Positions 38,992 through 47,990 of a DNA stretch of 64,000 nt are shown here, in pieces (position 1 is the stretch's first letter; each line of letters begins with the position of its first letter). This DNA comes from Deferrisomatales bacterium (GTDB lineage: Bacteria; Desulfobacterota; Deferrisomatia; Deferrisomatales; JACRMM01). The stretch covers positions 24,273 to 88,272 of the forward strand of contig JAWSUI010000010.1 in assembly GCA_033551855.1 (NCBI GenBank), in the 5' to 3' direction. Both the position numbers and the translations under genes were made by a program. Under the pieces are notes generated by a model. That model made no database searches. It saw only the letters and a program-made list of their open reading frames with translations, and was not told where the DNA came from.

Positions 38992-39096
38992 GTGGTACGT
39001 TGCGTCCGGGCCCGGATGGTTTCGGCGACGGGCAACGGCCGCCGTCCGTCGACCCGGTCCCGTCCCCAGGGTACCGAATCAGAGGGGCAGCACGCC

Positions 39097-40344
39097 ATGC
39101 GCTACGTGGTCGTGGGCGCGAGTGCGGCCGGCCTGGCCGCGGCGGAGGGAATCTTCGAGGTGGACCCCGGTGGGGAGGTGCTCCTCCTCTCCGAGGAGCG
39201 CCAGGCCCCCTACTGCCGCCCCCTCATCTCCTACTGGCTCGCCCGCGAGGCACCCGCGTCCCTCTTTCCCCTTCCCTCCCCCGCACTGAACCGGGGCGAG
39301 CTGCGAGCCGGCGTGAGGGCCGTCCACCTGGACGCCGGGGCGCGGAGGCTGACCCTCGCGGGCGGGGAGGTCATCCCCTACGACCGGCTCTGCCTCGCCA
39401 CCGGCGCAGCCCCAAAGCCCCTGGGGCTTCCCGGAGAGGAAGCCCCGAACGTCTTCTCGTTCCGCACCCGGGCCGACGCCGAGGCCATCGAGGCCGAGCT
39501 CGGCCGGGGCGCGGGGCGAGCCCTCGTGCTCGGAGGCGGGCTCGTGGGCGTCAAGGCCGCTCTGAGCCTCGCGGCCCGGGGCCTCGAGACCGGCCTGTGC
39601 GTGGCATCGGGTTTTCCCCTTTCCCAGTCCGCCGACGAGACGGCCGGGGGGCTCGTGACACAGGCCCTCGAGAGCCGCGGTGTCCGGGTGCGCTTGGGAT
39701 GCCGCCCCTCTGCCTTGCGGGTGGAGGGGGGCAGGGTGACCGGCATCGGATTCCACTCCTCTGATGGGGTGGACCCCTGCGACGTGGTCATCCGGGCGAA
39801 GGGCGTGGAGCCCCGGGGTGAGCTTCTGGGCGCACCGCCGGGGGGAGTTGCCGGGGACCAGGAGCTGCGCACGGGCACCCCGGGCGTCTGGGTGGCCGGG
39901 GATACGGCCCTGACCCACGATCTGGCATGGGAGGAGCCTCGGATCAACGCCATCTGGCCCGCGGCCGTGGAGCAGGGGCGCCTCGCCGGGCGCAACATGG
40001 CCGGCGCGCGGGAGAGCTACCCTGGTTCCCTGGCGATGAACTCCCTCCGGGTGGGAGACCTACACCTGGTGACCGCCGGCATCACCCGGCCCCCACTGGG
40101 GCCCTACCGTGCGCTCCAGGAAGCAGACGCTTCCCGCGGGGCGTACCGGAAGCTCGTCCTCCGCGAGGGGCGGCTGGTGGGGGCCGTGTTCGCGGGGGAG
40201 GCGGAACAGGCCGGCCTCATCGTGGCCGCGATCCGGGCAGGCTCGCGGCTCGAGGACCTGCCCTTCGACCCCCTCGACCGGCGCGCCCACTGGGGTGCCT
40301 ATGCCTTCGCCGGTCCGTTCCCTCCCTTCGCAGGGAGGGGGTGA
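39097..40344 (+). CDS. FAD/NAD(P)-dependent oxidoreductase (CODH-associated FNOR)
   Basis: VVGASAAG, ATGA, LGGGLVG, VAGD and AVEQGRLAGRNMAG motifs. Confidence 0.88.
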   Translation: MRYVVVGASAAGLAAAEGIFEVDPGGEVLLLSEERQAPYCRPLISYWLAREAPASLFPLPSPALNRGELRAGVRAVHLDAGARRLTLAGGEVIPYDRLCLATGAAPKPLGLPGEEAPNVFSFRTRADAEAIEAELGRGAGRALVLGGGLVGVKAALSLAARGLETGLCVASGFPLSQSADETAGGLVTQALESRGVRVRLGCRPSALRVEGGRVTGIGFHSSDGVDPCDVVIRAKGVEPRGELLGAPPGGVAGDQELRTGTPGVWVAGDTALTHDLAWEEPRINAIWPAAVEQGRLAGRNMAGARESYPGSLAMNSLRVGDLHLVTAGITRPPLGPYRALQEADASRGAYRKLVLREGRLVGAVFAGEAEQAGLIVAAIRAGSRLEDLPFDPLDRRAHWGAYAFAGPFPPFAGRG

Positions 40345-40382
40345 GGGATTCTCGGTTCCCACCGCTACCATCGGAGGTGACC

Positions 40383-40991
40383 ATGAAGACCGTCATCGTC
40401 CACCCCGAGCGCTGCGTCGGCTGCCTCCAGTGCACGGCCGCCTGCGCCGCGGCCCACTCCCGCAGCAAGACGGTCTACGGTGCGGTGGCCGAGCAGCCCC
40501 GGACGACTCCCCGGATCCACGTGGGCGCCGGCCGGGCAACCTTCGCGTTCCCCAACAAGTGCCGCCACTGCGACCCTGCCCCGTGCATGGGGGCGTGCAT
40601 GCCCCGGGCCATCGGCCGCGACGGGCCCACCGGTGCCGTCCTGGTGGACCCCTCGCGGTGCATCCAGTGCGGCATGTGCTCCATGGCGTGTCCCTTCGGG
40701 GTGATCCGCTACCGGGCCGACTGGAGGGTTCCCGGACGAAACGCCGTCGCGGTCAAGTGCGACAACTGCGCGGACCGACAGAAGGAGGGGCGGGTCCCGG
40801 CATGCGTCGAGACGTGCCTGGTCAAGGCCCTGGAGTTCGGGGACCCCAACGAGCTCCTCCGGGAGGAGACCCGCCGTCTCGCCCGAGAGGTGAGTATCGG
40901 GCTGCAGCAGGGCGAGGAGGCGCGACGAGAGGCGCCGGCCGTGCAACTCTGGCGAGCCCTCGGGCGCGCCGCCGAGGCCGTCGCCCCGTAG
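40383..40991 (+). CDS. cooF: 4Fe-4S dicluster electron-transfer protein (CooF-like)
   Basis: CVGCLQCTAAC, CRHCDPAPC..AC, CIQCGMC..ACP and KCDNC...PACVETC motifs; directly upstream of cooS. Confidence 0.85.
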   Translation: MKTVIVHPERCVGCLQCTAACAAAHSRSKTVYGAVAEQPRTTPRIHVGAGRATFAFPNKCRHCDPAPCMGACMPRAIGRDGPTGAVLVDPSRCIQCGMCSMACPFGVIRYRADWRVPGRNAVAVKCDNCADRQKEGRVPACVETCLVKALEFGDPNELLREETRRLAREVSIGLQQGEEARREAPAVQLWRALGRAAEAVAP

Positions 40992-41081
40992 CCCGTAGGT
41001 CGGGGCCCGCCCCGACGACACCGGCAATGGATTTCGGATCTCGGCGGGGCAAGCCCCGCCCTGCGATGAGGAGGACCCAGC

Positions 41082-42968
41082 ATGGCTTCCCAGACAGAGA
41101 AGCTCGCCGCCTGCTCCGTCACCCAGGACGCCCTGCCCATGCTTGAGAAGGCCCGGGCCGACGGGGTTTCGACGGTCTGGGACCGCCACGCCGCCCAGGA
41201 GCCGCGGTGCGGCTTCTGCGACCTCGGGCTTTCCTGCCGCATCTGCGCCATGGGGCCCTGCCGGATCGACCCTTTCGGAGAGGGGCCGCAGCAGGGGGTG
41301 TGCGGCGCCGACGCCGACATCATGGTCGCCCGAAACCTGGGCAGGATGATCGCCGCCGGCTCGGCGAGCCACTCGGACCACGGCCGGGACCTCGCCGAGA
41401 CGCTGCTCGCGGTGGGCGAGGGCAAGGCCCCCGGGTACGGGATCACCGACGAGGGCAAGCTCCGGGCCCTCGCCCGGGAGCTCGGGGTGGCCGAGGCGGG
41501 GCGTGACCCCTTGGCGGTGGCCCGGGACCTGGCCGGCGAGATGCTCGAGGAGTACGGCATGCGCAAGGGCCGGCTGGGTTTCGTCGATCGCATGCCCGCC
41601 GCCCGGGTCGAGGCCTGGAGGCGCCTGGGGGTTCTGCCCCGGGGCATCGACCGGGAGGTCACCGAGATGATGCACCGGACCCACATGGGGGTGGACAACG
41701 ACTACGTGAACCTCCTCCTCCACGGGTTCCGCACCGCCCTGTCCGACGGGTTGGGGGGCTCGATGATCGGCACCGAGCTCTCCGACGTCCTGTTCGGGGT
41801 CCCCAAGCCCACGACCTCCACCGTGAACCTGGGGGTGCTCCGGGCGGACCGGGTGAACATCCTCCTCCACGGCCACAACCCGGTGGTCTCCGAGATGGTC
41901 GCCCGAGCCGCCGAGGAGCCCGAGCTTCAGGCCCTGGCCGCGAAGGTGGGTGCCAAAGGCATCAACCTGGCGGGGCTGTGCTGCACCGGCAACGAGCTCC
42001 TCATGCGCCGGGGCATCCCCATGGCGGGAAACCACCTCATGACCGAGCTCGTGCTCGTCACCGGCGCCGTGGAGATGATGATCGTCGACTACCAGTGCAT
42101 CATGCCCGCCACCCCCCGAGTCGCGGGCTGCTACCACACCAAGTTCGTCACCACGAGCCCCAAGGCGAAGTTCGCCGGAGCCGAGCACCGCGAGTTCTCC
42201 CCCGAGAACGCCCAGGCCCTCGCACGGGAAGTCGTCCGGGAAGCCGTGGAAAACTTCCCCCGCCGCCGGGCCGGGGCGCTCGAGATCCCCGGGCAGGCGG
42301 TCACCCAGATGTCGGGATTCAGCGTGGAGGCCGTGCTCGGCGCCCTGGGGGGCACTCCCCAACCTCTCATCGACGCCCTCGTCGCCGGCAAGGTCCGAGG
42401 CGCGGTGGGAGTCGTGGGGTGCAACAACCCCAAGGTGCGCCACGACCACGGCCACGTCGCCCTGACCCGGAGGCTCATCGAGAACGACGTCCTGGTCCTC
42501 GACACCGGGTGCGCGGCCGTGGCCAACGCCAAGGCGGGGTTCAAGACCCCGGAGGCCGCCGAGCTCGCCGGGCCGGGGCTCAAGGAAGTCTGCAAGGCCC
42601 TCGGCATCCCCCCGGTGCTCCACACCGGCTCCTGCGTGGACAACACCCGCATCCTCCACCTGGCCGGGGCGCTCGCCAAGGCGCTCAACGTGGACACCGC
42701 GGCGCTTCCCCTGGCCGGCGCCGCCCCCGAGTGGTACTCGGAGAAGGCGGTGGCCATCGCCTTCTACGTAGTGGCCTCGGGCATCACCACCTTCCTGGGG
42801 GTAGTCCCCCCCATCCTCGGCTCCCCCAATATCGTCAAGCTCGCCACCGAGGGGCTCGAGGAGGTGGTGGGCGCGCGCTTCGTCGTGGAGCCCGACCCGG
42901 AGAAGTGCGCCGACGCCATCGTGGCGCACCTGAACGCCAAGAGACGGGGTTTGGGCCTGAAGGTGTAG
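41082..42968 (+). CDS. cooS: Anaerobic Ni,Fe carbon-monoxide dehydrogenase catalytic subunit
   Basis: CRIC.MGPC, HSDHGR, HGHNP, CCTGNE, YQC, GCNNPK, TGC, GSCVDN and EKA motifs. Confidence 0.96.
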   Translation: MASQTEKLAACSVTQDALPMLEKARADGVSTVWDRHAAQEPRCGFCDLGLSCRICAMGPCRIDPFGEGPQQGVCGADADIMVARNLGRMIAAGSASHSDHGRDLAETLLAVGEGKAPGYGITDEGKLRALARELGVAEAGRDPLAVARDLAGEMLEEYGMRKGRLGFVDRMPAARVEAWRRLGVLPRGIDREVTEMMHRTHMGVDNDYVNLLLHGFRTALSDGLGGSMIGTELSDVLFGVPKPTTSTVNLGVLRADRVNILLHGHNPVVSEMVARAAEEPELQALAAKVGAKGINLAGLCCTGNELLMRRGIPMAGNHLMTELVLVTGAVEMMIVDYQCIMPATPRVAGCYHTKFVTTSPKAKFAGAEHREFSPENAQALAREVVREAVENFPRRRAGALEIPGQAVTQMSGFSVEAVLGALGGTPQPLIDALVAGKVRGAVGVVGCNNPKVRHDHGHVALTRRLIENDVLVLDTGCAAVANAKAGFKTPEAAELAGPGLKEVCKALGIPPVLHTGSCVDNTRILHLAGALAKALNVDTAALPLAGAAPEWYSEKAVAIAFYVVASGITTFLGVVPPILGSPNIVKLATEGLEEVVGARFVVEPDPEKCADAIVAHLNAKRRGLGLKV

Positions 42969-43039
42969 CACCCCCTCTCGGGCGGCTCCGGGGAGTGGCG
43001 CTCCACCGCCGCATGCTTGGAGGGATCGGGCATGCCGGG

Positions 43040-43185
43040 AGAAGCGCCACCCATCGACCGAGGCGCAGAAACCGATCGGGACCGGTGAAGCTCGGCGCAC
43101 CCGGTCCCCCGGTGGCCAACGTTTCGACGTGCCGCGGATTGCGGGGCGAAACGCAGGGGCTCCCGGACTCCGCTTGCCGACCAGC
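43040..43185 (+). repeat. Dispersed degenerate repeat family B, copy 4
   Basis: GCCGCGGATTGCGGGGCGAAACGCAGGGGCTCCCGGACTCCGCTTGCCGACCAG closely matches about 2627-2680. Confidence 0.65.
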
Positions 43186-43246
43186 CGGTGGATCCAGGCT
43201 GGGCGACCCCGTTGCCCGGCCTGAGCCGGCGTGGTAGCTTCGGCCC

Positions 43247-43891
43247 ATGACCCGGCTGCGCGTCTCCGAGATCTTCTCCAGCATCCAGGGCGAGTCCCAC
43301 TGGGCTGGGTACCCGTGCACCTTCGTGCGGCTCGCGGGGTGCAACCTCGACTGCTCCTACTGCGACACACGGTACGCGCGGGAGGGCGGCGACCTCCGGG
43401 GGATCCCCGAGATTCTGGAAGCCGTCGGCCGCGACGGCCTTGGCACCGTGGAAGTCACGGGAGGGGAGCCCCTCCACCAGGAGGGGACCCCGGAGCTGCT
43501 GCGGTCCCTGGCCGCCACGGGCCGCCGGGTCCTCCTCGAGACCAACGGCAGCCTCCCCCTGGACGGGGTGGCGCCGGGAGTCCACGTGGTGATGGACCTC
43601 AAGTCCCCGGGCTCGGGGATGGCAGGCTTCAATCGCTGGGAGAACCTGGCTGGTCTCCGCGCCACGGACGAGGTCAAGGTGGTGTGCCGGGACCGGACGG
43701 ACTACGAGTGGGCGCGGGAGACCCTGCGGCACCGGGGGTTGGTGGGACGGGTTCGGGCGAGTATCTCCCCGGTCTGGGGTGAGCTCGACCCCGCCGAGCT
43801 GGCTGCATGGATGCTCCGCGACCGCCTGGACGTGCGGCTCCAGGTACAGCTTCACCGGGTCCTCTGGCCGACCGCGGACCGAGGGGTCTGA
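43247..43891 (+). CDS. queE: 7-carboxy-7-deazaguanine synthase (radical SAM)
   Basis: EIFSSIQGE, RLAGCNLDCSYCDT, TGGEPL, ETNG and QLH motifs. Confidence 0.93.
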   Translation: MTRLRVSEIFSSIQGESHWAGYPCTFVRLAGCNLDCSYCDTRYAREGGDLRGIPEILEAVGRDGLGTVEVTGGEPLHQEGTPELLRSLAATGRRVLLETNGSLPLDGVAPGVHVVMDLKSPGSGMAGFNRWENLAGLRATDEVKVVCRDRTDYEWARETLRHRGLVGRVRASISPVWGELDPAELAAWMLRDRLDVRLQVQLHRVLWPTADRGV

Positions 43892-43908
43892 GCCCGACCC
43901 GAGCCCCC

Positions 43909-44355
43909 ATGCGCGAAGCCCGCAGGAGCCCGGACGGCCGCTGGTACATCCTGGAGGGATCCGAGGCGCTCTGCCGCATCGGGCCCCCGGACTGGGGACC
44001 CGACCCCCGGGGGTACTGGCCCCGGGTGGATCTGGAGGCCCGCGCCCTCGAGGAAACCCTGGCTTGCCCCAACTGCGGAACCGAGTGGGTCCTCGAGCAG
44101 TTCGACTGTGTGTTCGGGACCGCTTGCCGGGAGGGCAACGACATCCGGGTGCTCGTGCGCTGCACCACTTGCCGCCTTCCCCATCGGGTCCGCGGGGTGG
44201 GATTTGCCACGGCGTACCCCGGTCTCATGGACCTGATGGGCGGATGGACCCGCCACGAACGGCGCAACGAGCTGTTCCGGGCCGCCGAGAAGAGCTTCTA
44301 CGGCGATGAGCCCGCCTACCCCGACACCCGTCGACCACAGGAGGACGTTTCGTGA
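43909..44355 (+). CDS. Hypothetical protein with two CxxC motifs (zinc-ribbon-like)
   Basis: CPNC and CTTC motifs; the stop overlaps the purE GTG. Confidence 0.65.
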   Translation: MREARRSPDGRWYILEGSEALCRIGPPDWGPDPRGYWPRVDLEARALEETLACPNCGTEWVLEQFDCVFGTACREGNDIRVLVRCTTCRLPHRVRGVGFATAYPGLMDLMGGWTRHERRNELFRAAEKSFYGDEPAYPDTRRPQEDVS

Positions 44356-44849
44356 AGTCCATCGCTATCCTGATGGGAAGCCCCAACGACTGGCCGGTGA
44401 TGAAGAAAGGGGTGGAGGTGCTCCGGGACCTCGGCGTGCCCTGCGAGGTCCACGTGGCCTCGGCCCACCGCGACCCGGCCCGGGTCGTCGCAGTGGTCTC
44501 CTCCGCCCGGGAGCGCGGGGTCGCCGCCGTGATCTGCGGCGCGGGCATGGCCGCCCATCTGGCCGGGGTCGCGGCCGCCCACACCACCCTGCCGGTGATC
44601 GGCGTACCCCTGGCCTCGGGGGCCCTGAACGGCCAGGACGCGCTCCTCAGCACGGTCCAGATGCCCCGGGGGATCCCCGTGGCGAGCGTCGCCATCGACG
44701 GCGCGGTCAACGCAGCGCTCCTGGCGAGCCAGATCCTCGCGGTCCACGATTCAGGACTGGCCGCGCGCCTCGAGGACCTCCGGGAGAAGGACCGGAGGGG
44801 GCTCCTGGAGGCCACGGAGAAGTACCGTGCCGAGGTGGGTGCTCGGTAG
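44352..44849 (+). CDS. purE: N5-carboxyaminoimidazole ribonucleotide mutase
   Basis: [25 protein letters not shown] and VQMP.GIPVA motifs. Confidence 0.96.
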   Translation: MKSIAILMGSPNDWPVMKKGVEVLRDLGVPCEVHVASAHRDPARVVAVVSSARERGVAAVICGAGMAAHLAGVAAAHTTLPVIGVPLASGALNGQDALLSTVQMPRGIPVASVAIDGAVNAALLASQILAVHDSGLAARLEDLREKDRRGLLEATEKYRAEVGAR

Positions 44850-44860
44850 GGCGCCGGGGC

Positions 44861-45400
44861 TCACCCGGCCGGGGCGAAGCTCAGGGAAGCCGAGTTGATG
44901 CAGTAACGGAGCCCCGTGGGGGGCGGGCCGTCCTGGAAGACGTGTCCCAGGTGCGCGTCACACCGGCGGCAGTGCACCTCGGTGCGCACGAGGAAGAGGC
45001 TCCGATCCTGCTCGGTGCCGATGTTCTCCTCGGCCACAGGCCTCCAGAAGCTCGGCCAGCCCGTACCGGACTCGAACTTGTGCTCCGACGAGAACAGATC
45101 GGTCCCGCAGCACACGCAGCGATAGACCCCCGCCTCGGGGCGATCGGCAAAATCCCCCGTGAACGGAGGCTCCGTCCCCCGCTCCCGGGTCACGCGGTAC
45201 TGCACCGGCGTCAGGTCCCGGCTCCACTGGTCCGCGGTCTTCACCAGCTTCGACGCCTCGTAGAACGCTCCGGACCCCACAGAGTACAGCCGCACCATCG
45301 TCGTCTCCTCCCCTGCCGTCGCCTGCCCGGGCGGCACCCGGGGGCCGGCCGGCCGCGCGAAGCGGCGCTGGAACACGACCGCGGCGCAGACCGGGAGCAC
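44861..45400 (-). CDS. msrB: Peptide-methionine (R)-S-oxide reductase
   Basis: GTEPPF, KFESGTGWPSF, HLGHVF.DGP and RYCINS motifs. The start may be 45298. Confidence 0.93.
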   Translation of the reverse strand: MLPVCAAVVFQRRFARPAGPRVPPGQATAGEETTMVRLYSVGSGAFYEASKLVKTADQWSRDLTPVQYRVTRERGTEPPFTGDFADRPEAGVYRCVCCGTDLFSSEHKFESGTGWPSFWRPVAEENIGTEQDRSLFLVRTEVHCRRCDAHLGHVFQDGPPPTGLRYCINSASLSFAPAG

Positions 45401-45501
45401 CTCTTGCCGCTCCCCATCCTCGTCGTGGCCCCTCTTCGGGTCGCCCCCGCGGAGGCGGCCCTTGCGGCCCCGCCCCCGTCGGGTAGCCTGACGGGGCGCG
45501 G

Positions 45502-45939
45502 ATGTCCCTTTGCAGGGAGACCCCGAACGTGGACGACAGGGACGAGGAAGAAGCCCGCCGTCGGGAGGTCCTGGCGGCCCTGTGCCGGAAGCACCTGTCC
45601 TTCTGGCTGGGACTGACCCTCGCGCTCCTCCTGGCCGACCGGGTCTACCATCCTCCTCCCCGGTTCACCGCATCCATGCTCTCGGGTCTCCTCGCCTGGG
45701 CATTCCTCTTCGTGGCCGTCCCGGTCTACACGGCGGTCGCCGCCCTGGTCCGGCTCCACCTCGGCAGGGGCTTCCCGCTCCCGGCGGAGCTCGCGTTCCA
45801 CCGGGTCCTGGCTGCCTCCAACCTCGCCTTGGTCGGCGGCATCGCGGCGGCCGTCTGGGCCGGCTGGCCGTGGCTGCTCCTCTCGGCGTTGCCCCCCCTG
45901 CTGAGTCTCGCGACCTGCCGGGTCCTGGGCTCGGAATAG
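45502..45939 (+). CDS. Hypothetical membrane protein
   Basis: Four hydrophobic segments. Confidence 0.6.
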   Translation: MSLCRETPNVDDRDEEEARRREVLAALCRKHLSFWLGLTLALLLADRVYHPPPRFTASMLSGLLAWAFLFVAVPVYTAVAALVRLHLGRGFPLPAELAFHRVLAASNLALVGGIAAAVWAGWPWLLLSALPPLLSLATCRVLGSE

Positions 45940-45946
45940 CCCCAGC

Positions 45947-47959
45947 TCACCCCTTGTCCAGACGCTCGGCCAGGAGCTCGGCCACGTCTGCCACCCGCAC
46001 CCGGCCCTCCGCCTGGAGGTCCTTCACGCCGTCCTCCAGCATGGTCAGGCAGTAGGGGCAGGACACCGCGATCCGGTCCGGATTCGCAGAGAGGGCCTCC
46101 CGCACCCGGTTCAGGTTCACACGGTGGTCCGGCTCCTCCTCCATCCACATGCGCCCGCCCCCCGCCCCGCAGCAGAACCCGTGCTCGCCGCTGCGGGGCA
46201 GTTCTTCCGGAGCCCGCCCCGTGGCGGTGGACACCAAGGACCGCGGGGGCGCGTAGATGCCGTTGTGGCGCCCAAGGTAGCACGAATCGTGGATCACGGT
46301 GCGCCCGGGCTCCCCCGTTTCCCCAAACCGAAGCCGGCCGTCTCGGGTCAGCTCCTGCAGGAGCTCCGTGTAGTGCAGCACCCGGGCTTTGAGCCCATAC
46401 TGGCGATAGTCGTTCTGGAGGGTCGAGTAGCAGTGGGGGCAGTAGCAGACGATGTTTCTCACCCCGCGGTGCGCGAAGAGCTCGGCGTTCTCGCGGGCCA
46501 GGGCGTCGAAGGCGTACTCGTTGCCCAGGCGGCGCTGGGAGTCCCCGCAGCAGCGCTCCTCGGGTCCCAGGATCGCGAAGCTCAGCCCGGCCGCCTTGAA
46601 CAGCCGAGCTAGAGCCACCGCGACTTTTCGGCTTCGGCTGTCGAAGGAACCGGCGCACCCGACGTAGAACAAGTACTCTGCCGTCTGCCCCTCGGGAAGT
46701 TCCCCGAGCAGGCGCAGTTCCAGCCCCTTGGCCCAGCGGCCTCGATCCGCCGGGGGCAGCCCCCAGGGGTTGGAGCGCTGTTCCGTCGCCTCGAAGAAGA
46801 CGCCGAGCTCGGGCGGGAACTTCGCAAGGTTCTCCACCAGGTGACGGCGCATCTGGATGATCTTGGGCACGTGCTCGATGAAGACCGGGCAAACCCGCAT
46901 GCAGGCGCCGCAGGTCGTACAGTCCCAGAGGGCGTCTTCCCCCACGGACCCCACGGCCGCGGCGTCCTTCTCCACGATGAGGGGGAGCAGTCCTTGGGCC
47001 CGGCTGCCGTGACGGAGCTTCTCGCCGTTGGCCAGGAGGTTCACCTTCCCGTCCCGGATGACCAGTCTCGGGTTGAGAGGCTTGCCGCTGGTGGTGGCGG
47101 GGCAGCTCTGATTGCAGCGCCCGCACTCGGTACAGGAGGCGAAGTCGAGCAGGTCCTTCCAGGAGAACCGATCGACCTGCCCCGCGCCGTAGACCCGGCC
47201 AGCCTCGAAGGTCTCCCTCGGGACCGTCCTCACCGGCTCCAGGGAGCGGCAGAAACAGTTCGGGATGGCGGTGAGGATGTGGATGTGCTTGCTGTAGGGC
47301 AAGTAGTTGAGGACGCCCAGGAACGCCAGGGCGTGGAGCCACCAGAAGACCCGGCCGGCCGTGTGGAGCCCCTCGCCGAACACCGCGGCCATCGTGGGCG
47401 CGACGACGACGCGGGTCAACGGCATGAAGGTTCCCCGGGGGGCCTGGCCCAGGGCGATCTCGGCCCCGTGGTAGCCGTAGAAGAGGAACATCAGGAGGAA
47501 CACGAGCCCGAGGACCACGAAGGCATCGATGCTGCGGTACTCGATGTGGGGCGGCTTCACCACCAGACGCCGGTGCAGGGCGACGACCACGCAGGCGATC
47601 ACCAGGAGCGGCACCAGGTCGAAGAGGAGGGTGAGGACGGGATAGAAGACCGGCCCGAACACCGTGAGGCTGATCTGGGGGAAGAGCCCGTTGAGGACGA
47701 AGCCGGCATTGTCGAGGCCGAGGACGACGAAACCCCAAAAGAGGAAGAAGTGGTTCCGCCCGAAAGGCTCCTCGAGCACCCGCCTCTGCCCGAACCCATA
47801 CTCCAGCGCGGACAGGACACGCTTCTCCAGGCCCTGCCGCAGGCGCGGATCGGGCTGCCCCAGCCGCACAGCCCGCACCAGCCGCCGCACGGAGAGCCCG
47901 AAGGTGAAGACGGCCGCGGTGAGGAGGATCGCGAAGACGGTGCTCTCGGTCTGGCTCAT
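45947..47959 (-). CDS. Membrane-bound Fe-S oxidoreductase (HdrF/FadF-like, putative Etf:quinone oxidoreductase)
   Basis: N-terminal TM domain, CTECGRC and CTTCGAC clusters, and two CCG domains (ERCCGD, FCCGAGGG). Confidence 0.9.
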   Translation of the reverse strand: MSQTESTVFAILLTAAVFTFGLSVRRLVRAVRLGQPDPRLRQGLEKRVLSALEYGFGQRRVLEEPFGRNHFFLFWGFVVLGLDNAGFVLNGLFPQISLTVFGPVFYPVLTLLFDLVPLLVIACVVVALHRRLVVKPPHIEYRSIDAFVVLGLVFLLMFLFYGYHGAEIALGQAPRGTFMPLTRVVVAPTMAAVFGEGLHTAGRVFWWLHALAFLGVLNYLPYSKHIHILTAIPNCFCRSLEPVRTVPRETFEAGRVYGAGQVDRFSWKDLLDFASCTECGRCNQSCPATTSGKPLNPRLVIRDGKVNLLANGEKLRHGSRAQGLLPLIVEKDAAAVGSVGEDALWDCTTCGACMRVCPVFIEHVPKIIQMRRHLVENLAKFPPELGVFFEATEQRSNPWGLPPADRGRWAKGLELRLLGELPEGQTAEYLFYVGCAGSFDSRSRKVAVALARLFKAAGLSFAILGPEERCCGDSQRRLGNEYAFDALARENAELFAHRGVRNIVCYCPHCYSTLQNDYRQYGLKARVLHYTELLQELTRDGRLRFGETGEPGRTVIHDSCYLGRHNGIYAPPRSLVSTATGRAPEELPRSGEHGFCCGAGGGRMWMEEEPDHRVNLNRVREALSANPDRIAVSCPYCLTMLEDGVKDLQAEGRVRVADVAELLAERLDKG

Positions 47960-47990
47960 GCCGCTCTCCGGTAGAGGACCGCTCCGAGGC

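Noticed and set aside
40365..43370. 1001-aa minus-strand ORF and many other long antisense or alternate-frame ORFs
   Set aside because: Shadow ORFs of a high-GC genome: they overlap well-supported genes such as cooS and have no recognisable motifs.
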